Positions 56,559 to 64,000 of a DNA stretch of 64,000 nucleotides are shown here, one piece after another. The notes below the pieces were generated by a model. That model was not told the DNA's origin. It did not search any database and saw only the letters and a list, made by a program, of their open reading frames with translations. The first letter of the stretch is position 1. Each line of letters begins with the position of its first letter. The stretch spans positions 20,916,101 through 20,980,100 of the forward strand of contig NC_092677.1 of assembly GCF_964355755.1 (NCBI RefSeq). Direction: 5' to 3'. The DNA comes from Antedon mediterranea. Its lineage: Eukaryota > Animalia > Echinodermata. Both the position numbers and the translations under genes were made by a program.

Positions 56559-59500
56559 TGGAGACGTTTTAGACCATTTTGTGATTTTCGAAAAAACTTG
56601 TTAACATAAAAACACCAAAGTGCTCAGAATACCTTCAAATCGCATTTGGAGACGTTTTAGACCCTTTTGTGCATTTCGATGAAACTTGGTTACACAAAAA
56701 CATCAAAGTGCTTAAAATCACATTAGAAACCGTTTTAGACCATTTTGAGCATTTCGTTAAAATTTTTCACAGAAAAACATCAAAGAGCAAAAAATAGCTT
56801 AATATCGTATTTAAAAACGTTTTAGACCATTTTGAGCATTTCGACAAAACTTTTTCACACAAAACATCAAAGTGTACAGAATAGCTTCAAATCGCATTTG
56901 GAGACGTTTTAACCCATTTTGAGCATTTCGATAAAATTTTACACACAAAAACATCAAAGTGCACAAAATAGCTTAATATGGTATTTAAAAACGTTTTAGA
57001 CCATTTTGAGCATTTCAACAAAACTTTTTCTCGCAAAACATCAAAGTGTACAGAATAGCTTCAAATCGCATTTGGAGACGTTTTAGACCATTTTGTGCAT
57101 TTCGATGAAACTTGGTTACACAAAAACATCAAAGTGCTTAAAATCACATTTTGAGCATTTCGTTAAAACTTTTCACACAAAAACATCAAAGTCCACAAAA
57201 TAGCTTAATATCGTATTTAAAAACGTTTTAGACCATTTTGAGCATTTCGAAAAAACTTTTCCACACAAAACATCAAAGTTTACAAAATAGCTTCAAATCG
57301 CATTTGGAGACGTTTTAGACCATTTTGTGATTTTCGAAAAAACTTGTTAACATAAAAACACCAAAGTGCTCAGAATACCTTCAAATCGTGTTTTGAGACG
57401 TTTTAGACCATTTTGTAATTTTCGAAAAAACTTGTTAACATAAAAACACCAAAGTGCTCAGAATACCTTCACATCGCATTTTGAGACGTTTTAGACCATT
57501 TTGTGATTTTCGAAAAAACTTGTTAACATAAAAACACCAAAGTGCTTAGAAAAGCTTGAAATCGCATTTGGAGACGTTTTAGACCATTTTGTGCATTTCG
57601 ATGAAACTTGGTTAAAGTGCTTAAAATCACATTTTGAGCATTTCGTTAAAACTTTTCACACAAAAACATCAAAGAGTAAAAAATAGCTTAATATCGTATT
57701 TAAAAACGTTTTAGACCATTTTGAGCATTTCGACAAAATTTTTTCACACAAAACATCAAAGTGTACAGAATAGCTTTAAATCGCATTTGGAGACGTTTTA
57801 GACCATTTTGTTCATTTCGATGAAACAAAAACACAAAAACATCAAATTGCACAAAATGGCTTAATATGATATGGGAAAACGTTTTAGACCATTTTGAACA
57901 TTTCGTTAAAAGTTTTCACAAAAAAACATCAAAGTCCACAAAATAGCTTAATATCGTATTTAAAAACGTTTTAGACCATTTTGAGCATTTCGAAAAAACT
58001 TTTTCACACAAAACATCAAAGTTTACAAAATAGCTTCAAATCGCATTTGGAGACGTTTTAGACCATTTTGTGATTTTCGAAAAAACTTGTTAACATAAAA
58101 ACACCAAAGTGCTCAGAATACCTTCAAATCGCATTTTGAGACGTTTTAGACCATTTTGTGATTTTCGAAAAAACTTGTTAACATAAAAACACCAAAGTGC
58201 TCAGAATACCTTCAAATCGTGTTTTGAGACGTTTTAGACCATTTTGTGATTTTGGAAAAACTTGTTAACATAAAAACACCAAAGTGCTCAGAATACCTTC
58301 AAATCGCATTTGGAGACGTTTTAGACCATTTTGTGATTTTCGAAAAAACTTGTTAACATAAAAACACCAAAGTGCTCAGAAAAGCTTCAAATCGCAATTG
58401 GAGACGTTTTAAACCATTTTGTTCATTTCGATGAAACTTGGTTACACAAAAACATCAAATTGCACAAAATGGCTTAATATGGTATGGGAAAACGTTTTAG
58501 ACCATTTTGAACATTTCGAGAAAACTTTTTCACACAAAACTTCAAAGTGTACAGAATAGCTTCAAATCGCATTAGAAACCGTTTTAGACCATTTTGAGCA
58601 TTTCGAAAAAACTTTTTCACACAAAACATCAAAGTTTACAAAATAGCTTCAAATCGCATTTGGAGACGTTTTAGACCATTTTGTGATTTTCGAAAAAACT
58701 TGTTAACATAAAAACACCAAAGTGCTCAGAATACCTTCAAATCGCATTTTGAGACGTTTTAGACCATTTTGTGATTTTCGAAAAAACTTGTTAACATAAA
58801 AATACCAAAGTGCTCTGAATACCTTCAAATCGTGTTTTGAGACGTTTTAGACCATTTTGTGATTTTCGAAAAAACTTGTTAACATAAAAACACCAAAGTG
58901 CTCAGAATACCTTCAAATCGCATTTGGAGACGTTTTAGACCATTTTGTGATTTTCGAAAAAACTTGTTAACATAAAAACACCAAAGTGCTCAGAAAAGCT
59001 TCAAATCGCATTTGGAGACGTTTTAAACCATTTTGTTCATTTCGATGAAACTTGGTTACACAAAAACATCAAAGAGCACAAACGTATTTAAAAACGTTTT
59101 AGACCATTTTGAGCATTCCGACAAAACTTTTTCACACAAAACATCAAAGTGTACAGAATAGCTTTAAATCGCATTTGGAGACGTTTTAGACCATTTTGTA
59201 GTTTTCGAAAAAACTTGTTAACATAAAAACACAAAAGAGCTTCAAATCGCATTTGGAGACGTTTTAGACCCTTTTGTGCATTTCGATGAAACTTGGTTAC
59301 ACAAAAACATCAAAGTGCTTAAAATCACATTAGAAACCGTTTTAGACCATTTTGAGCATTTCGTTAAAACTTTTCACACAAAAACATCAAAGTCCACAAA
59401 ATAGCTTAATATCGTATTCAAAAACGTTTTAGACCATTTTGAGCATTTCGAAAAAACTTTTTCACACAAAACATCAAAGTTTACAAAATAGCTTCAAATC

Positions 59501-62500
59501 GCATTTGGAGACGTTTTAGACCATTTTGTGATTTTCGAAAAAACTTGTTAACATAAAAACACCAAAGTGCTCAGAATACCTTCAAATCGCATTTTGAGAC
59601 GTTTTAGACCATTTTGTGATTTTCGAAAAAACAACATAAAAACACCAAAGTGCTCAGAATACCTTCAAATCGCATTTGGAGACGTTTTAGACCATTTTGT
59701 GATTTTGGAAAAAACTTGTTAACATAAAAACACCAAAGTGCTCAGAATACCTTCAAATCGTATTTTGAGACGTTTTAGACAATTTTGTGATTTTCGAAAA
59801 AACTTGTTAACATAAAAACACCAAAGTGCTTAGAAAAGCTTCAAATCGCATTTGGAGACGTTTTAGACCATTTTGTGCATTTCGATGAAACTTTGTTACA
59901 CAAAAACATCAAAGTGTACAGAATAGCTTCAAATCGCATTAGAAACCGTTTTAGACCATTTTGAGCATTTCGAAAAAACTTTTTCACACAAAACATCAAA
60001 GTGTACAAAATAGCTTCAAATCGCATTTGGAGACGTTTTAGACAATTTTGTGATTTTCGAAAAAACTTGTTTACATAAAAACACCAAAGTGCTAAGAATA
60101 GCTTCCAATCGCATTTGGAGACGTTTTAGACCCTTTTGTGCATTTCGATGAAACTTGGTTACACAAAAACATCAAAGTGCTTAAAATCACATTAGAAACC
60201 GTTTTAGACCATTTTGAGCATTTCGTTAAAATTTTTCACAGAAAAACATCAAAGAGCAAAAAATAGCTTAATATCGTATTTAAAAACGTTTTAGACCATT
60301 TTGAGCATTTCGACAAAACTTTTTCACACAAAACATCAAAGTGTACAGAATAGCTTAATATCGCATTTGGAGACGTTTTAACCCATTTTGAGCATTTCGA
60401 TAAAATTTTACACACAAAAACATCAAAGTGCACAAAATAGCTTAATATGGTATTTAAAAACGTTTTAGAACATTTTGAGCATTTCAACAAAACTTTTTCT
60501 CACAAAACATCAAAGTGTACAGAATAGCTTCAAATCGCATTTGGAGACGTTTTAGACCATTTTGTGCATTTCGATGAAACTTGGTTACACAAAAACATCA
60601 AAGTGCTTAAAATCACATTTTGAGCATTTCGTTAAAACTTTTCACACAAAAACATCAAAGAGTAAAAAATAGCTTAATATCGTATTTAAAAACGTTTTAG
60701 ACCATTTTGAGCATTTCGACAAAATTTTTTCACACAAAACATCAAAGTGTACAGAATAGCTTTAAATCGCATTTGGAGACGTTTTAGACCATTTTGTTAA
60801 TTTCGATGAAACAAAAACACAAAAACATCAAATTGCACAAAATGGCTTAATATGATATGGGAAAACGTTTTAGACCATTTTGAACATTTCGTTAAAAGTT
60901 TTCACACAAAAACATCAAAGTCCACAAAATAGCTTAATATCGTATTTAAAAACGTTTTAGACCATTTTGAGCATTTCGAAAAAACTTTTTCACACAAAAC
61001 ATCAAAGTTTACAAAATAGCTTCAAATCGCATTTGGAGACGTTTTAGACCATTTTGTGATTTTCGAAAAAACTTGTTAACATAAAAACACCAAAGTGCTC
61101 AGAATACCTTCAAATCGCATTTTGAGACGTTTTAGACCATTTTGTGATTTTCGAAAAAACTTGTTAACATAAAAACACCAAAGTGCTCAGAATACCTTCA
61201 AATCGTGTTTTGAGACGTTTTAGACCATTTTGTGATTTTCGAAAAAACTTGTTAACATAAAAACACCAAAGTGCTCAGAATACCTTCAAATCGCATTTGG
61301 AGACGTTTTAGACCATTTTTTGATTTTCGAAAAAACTTGTTAACATAAAAACACCAAAGTGCTCAGAATACCTTCAAATCGTGTTTTGAGACGTTTTAGA
61401 CCATTTTGTGATTTTCGAAAAAACTTGTTAACATAAAAACACCAAAGTGCTTAGAAAAGCTTCAAATCGCATTTGGAGACGTTTTAGACCATTTTGTTCA
61501 TTTTGATGAAACTTGGTTACACAAAAACATCAAAGAGCACAAAAGATCTTAATATCGTATTTAAAAACGTTTTAGACCATTTTGAGCATTTCGAAAAAAC
61601 TTTTTCACACAAAACATCAAAGTGTACAAAATAGCTTCAAATCGCATTTTGAGACGTTTTAGACAATTTTGTGATTTTCGAAAAAACTTGTTTACATAAA
61701 AACACCAAAGTGCTTAGAAAAGCTTCAAATCGCATTTGGAGACGTTTTAAACCATTTTGTTCATTTCGATGAAACTTGGTTACACAAAAACATCAAAGAG
61801 CACAAAAGTATTTAAAAACGTTTTAGACCATTTTGAGCATTCCGTCAAAACTTTTTCACACAAAACATCAAAGTGTACAGAATAGCTTTAAATCGCATTT
61901 GGAGACGTTTTAGACCATTTTGTAGTTTTCGAAAAAACTTGTTAACATAAAAACACAAAAGAGCTTCAAATCGCATTTGGAGACGTTTTAGACCCTTTTG
62001 TGCATTTCGATGAAACTTGGTTACACAAAAACATCAAAGTGCTTAAAATCACATTTTGAGCATTTCGTTAAAACTTTTCACACAAAAACATCAAAGAGTA
62101 AAAAATAGCTTAATATCGTATTTAAAAACGTTTTAGACCATTTTGAGCATTTCGACAAAATTTTTTCACACAAAACATCAAAGTGTACAGAATAGCTTTA
62201 AATCGCATTTGGAGACGTTTTAGACCATTTTGTTAATTTCGATGAAACAAAAACACAAAAACATCAAATTGCACAAAATGGCTTAATATGATATGGGAAA
62301 ACGTTTTAGACCATTTTGAACATTTCGTTAAAAGTTTTCACACAAAAACATCAAAGTCCACAAAATAGCTTAATATCGTATTTAAAAACGTTTTAGACCA
62401 TTTTGAGCATTTCAAAAAAACTTTTTCACACAAAACATCAAAGTTTACAAAATAGCTTCAAATCGCATTTGGAGACGTTTTAGACCATTTTGTGATTTTC

Positions 62501-63285
62501 GAAAAAACTTGTTAACATAAAAACACCAAAGTGCTCAGAAAAGCTTCAAATCGCATTTGGAGACGTTTTAAACCATTTTGTTCATTTCGATGAAACTTGG
62601 TTACACAAAAACATCAAAGAGCACAAAAGTATTTAAAAACGTTTTAGACCATTTTGAGCATTCCGACAAAACTTTTTCACACAAAACATCAAAGTGTACA
62701 GAATAGCTTTAAATCGCATTTGGAGACGTTTTAGACCATTTTGTAGTTTTCGAAAAAACTTGTTAACATAAAAACACAAAAGAGCTTCAAATCGCATTTG
62801 GAGACGTTTTAGACCCTTTTGTGCATTTCGATGAAACTTGGTTACACAAAAACATCAAAGTGCTTAAAATCACATTAGAAACCGTTTTAGACCATTTTGA
62901 GCATTTCGTTAAAACTTTTCACACAAAAACATCAAAGTCCACAAAATAGCTTAATATCGTATTCAAAAACGTTTTAGACCATTTTGAGCATTTCGAAAAA
63001 ACTTTTTCACACAAAACATCAAAGTTTACAAAATAGCTTCAAATCGCATTTGGAGACGTTTTAGACCATTTTGTGATTTTCGAAAAAACTTGTTAACATA
63101 AAAACACCAAAGTGCTCAGAATACCTTCAAATCGCATTTTGAGACGTTTTAGACCATTTTGTGATTTTCGAAAAAACAACATAAAAACACCAAAGTGCTC
63201 AGAATACCTTCAAATCGCATTTGGAGACGTTTTAGACCATTTTGTGATTTTGGAAAAAACTTGTTAACATAAAAACACCAAAGTG
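56559..63285. repeat. Dispersed copy of ~37755-44470 (offset 18803/18812); its first 4.5 kb also matches 50515-55060 (offset 6044)
   Basis: GCACAAACGTATT 40280/59083; TTCAAAAAAACT 43601/62413; AAGATCTT 42731/61543; 13-bp deletion marker 51569/57613; ORF pairs 41029/59841 and 53797/59841. Confidence 0.82.
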
Positions 63286-64000
63286 CTCAGAATACCTTCA
63301 AATCGTATTTTGAGACGTTTTAGACAATTTTGTGATTTTCGAAAAAACTTGTTAACATAAAAACACCAAAGTGCTTAGAAAAGCTTCAAATCGCATTTGG
63401 AGACGTTTTAGACCATTTTGTGCATTTCGATGAAACTTTGTTACACAAAAACATCAAAGTGTACAGAATAGCTTCAAATCGCATTAGAAACCGTTTTAGA
63501 CCATTTTGAGCATTTCGAAAAAACTTTTTCACACAAAACATCAAAGTGTACAAAATAGCTTCAAATCGCATTTGGAGACGTTTTAGACAATTTTGTGATT
63601 TTCGAAAAAACTTGTTTACATAAAAACACCAAAGTGCTAAGAATAGCTTCCAATCGCATTTGGAGACGTTTTAGACCCTTTTGTGCATTTCGATGAAACT
63701 TGGTTACACAAAAACATCAAAGTGCTTAAAATCACATTAGAAACCGTTTTAGACCATTTTGAGCATTTCGTTAAAATTTTTCACAGAAAAATATCAAAGA
63801 GCAAAAAATAGCTTAATATCGTATTTAAAAACGTTTTAGACCATTTTGAGCATTTCGAAAAAACTTTTTCACACAAAACATCAAAGTGTACAAAATAGCT
63901 TCAAATCGCATTTGGAGACGTTTTAGACAATTTTGTGATTTTCGAAAAAACTTGTTTACATAAAAACACCAAAGTGCTAAGAATAGCTTCCAATCGCATT

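Larger units (their letters stand above)
1..64000. repeat. Tandem satellite DNA array, 87-88 bp monomer, single orientation, probably centromeric/pericentromeric or other heterochromatin
   Basis: The anchor CGTTTTA(G/A) recurs at 71, 159, 334, 412, 499, 586, 673, 760, 905, 992, 1080 and so on, with spacings of 87/88/78/145, through to the window end. No unique sequence is seen. The centromeric role is inference only. Confidence 0.98.

Noticed and set aside
53-63571. Sixteen short ORFs (61, 71 and 84 aa) in the ORF track
   Set aside because: All lie inside satellite monomers and show the 29-aa periodicity expected from 87-bp repeats. They appear only where SNPs remove a stop codon and resemble no protein I recognise. 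They are useful only as duplication markers.
1-64000. CRISPR-like appearance (conserved ~25-bp motif at regular spacing)
   Set aside because: The intervening segments are homologous to each other and fall into a few recurrent types rather than unique spacers. There are no cas genes or leader.
1-64000. Inversions, transposon insertions, telomeric repeats, tRNA/5S arrays, or integron attC/REP arrays
   Set aside because: I saw no strand switch or non-satellite segment, no telomere motif, and no Pol III boxes or cloverleaf. There are no cassette ORFs between the palindromes.
1-64000. Assignment to a named satellite family or species
   Set aside because: I do not recognise the consensus with confidence; a BLAST/Dfam/satellite database search is required.

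Overview
The whole 64 kb window is one uninterrupted, AT-rich tandem satellite array (the counted G-type monomer is 29/88 = 33% GC). It looks like eukaryotic centromeric or heterochromatic DNA; I cannot assign a species or a named family. The monomer is 87-88 bp and always runs head-to-tail in the same orientation. It comes in three main types: G (..CATTTTGTGATTTTCGAAAAAACTTGTTAACAT..), B (..CATTTTGTGCATTTCGATGAAACTTGGTTACAC..) and A (..CATTTTGAGCATTTCG.AAAACTTTT..), plus fixed deletion derivatives of 78 bp, 76 bp and a fused 145 bp. Monomers are organised hierarchically: a 746-bp nine-monomer higher-order repeat (HOR), 1811/1899-bp super-units, tandem duplications of 1489, 2171, 3457 and 4308 bp, and dispersed block copies at offsets of about 6, 12, 14, 19, 30 and 40 kb that can be traced by private variants. 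I see no genes, RNA genes, transposon insertions or CRISPR arrays; the short ORFs are by-products of the repeat. The most notable hidden features are that each monomer is a degenerate inverted repeat (fold-back), and that several independent fixed deletions are exactly 10 or 20 bp, about whole helical turns. All counts and offsets were made by eye and need computational confirmation.
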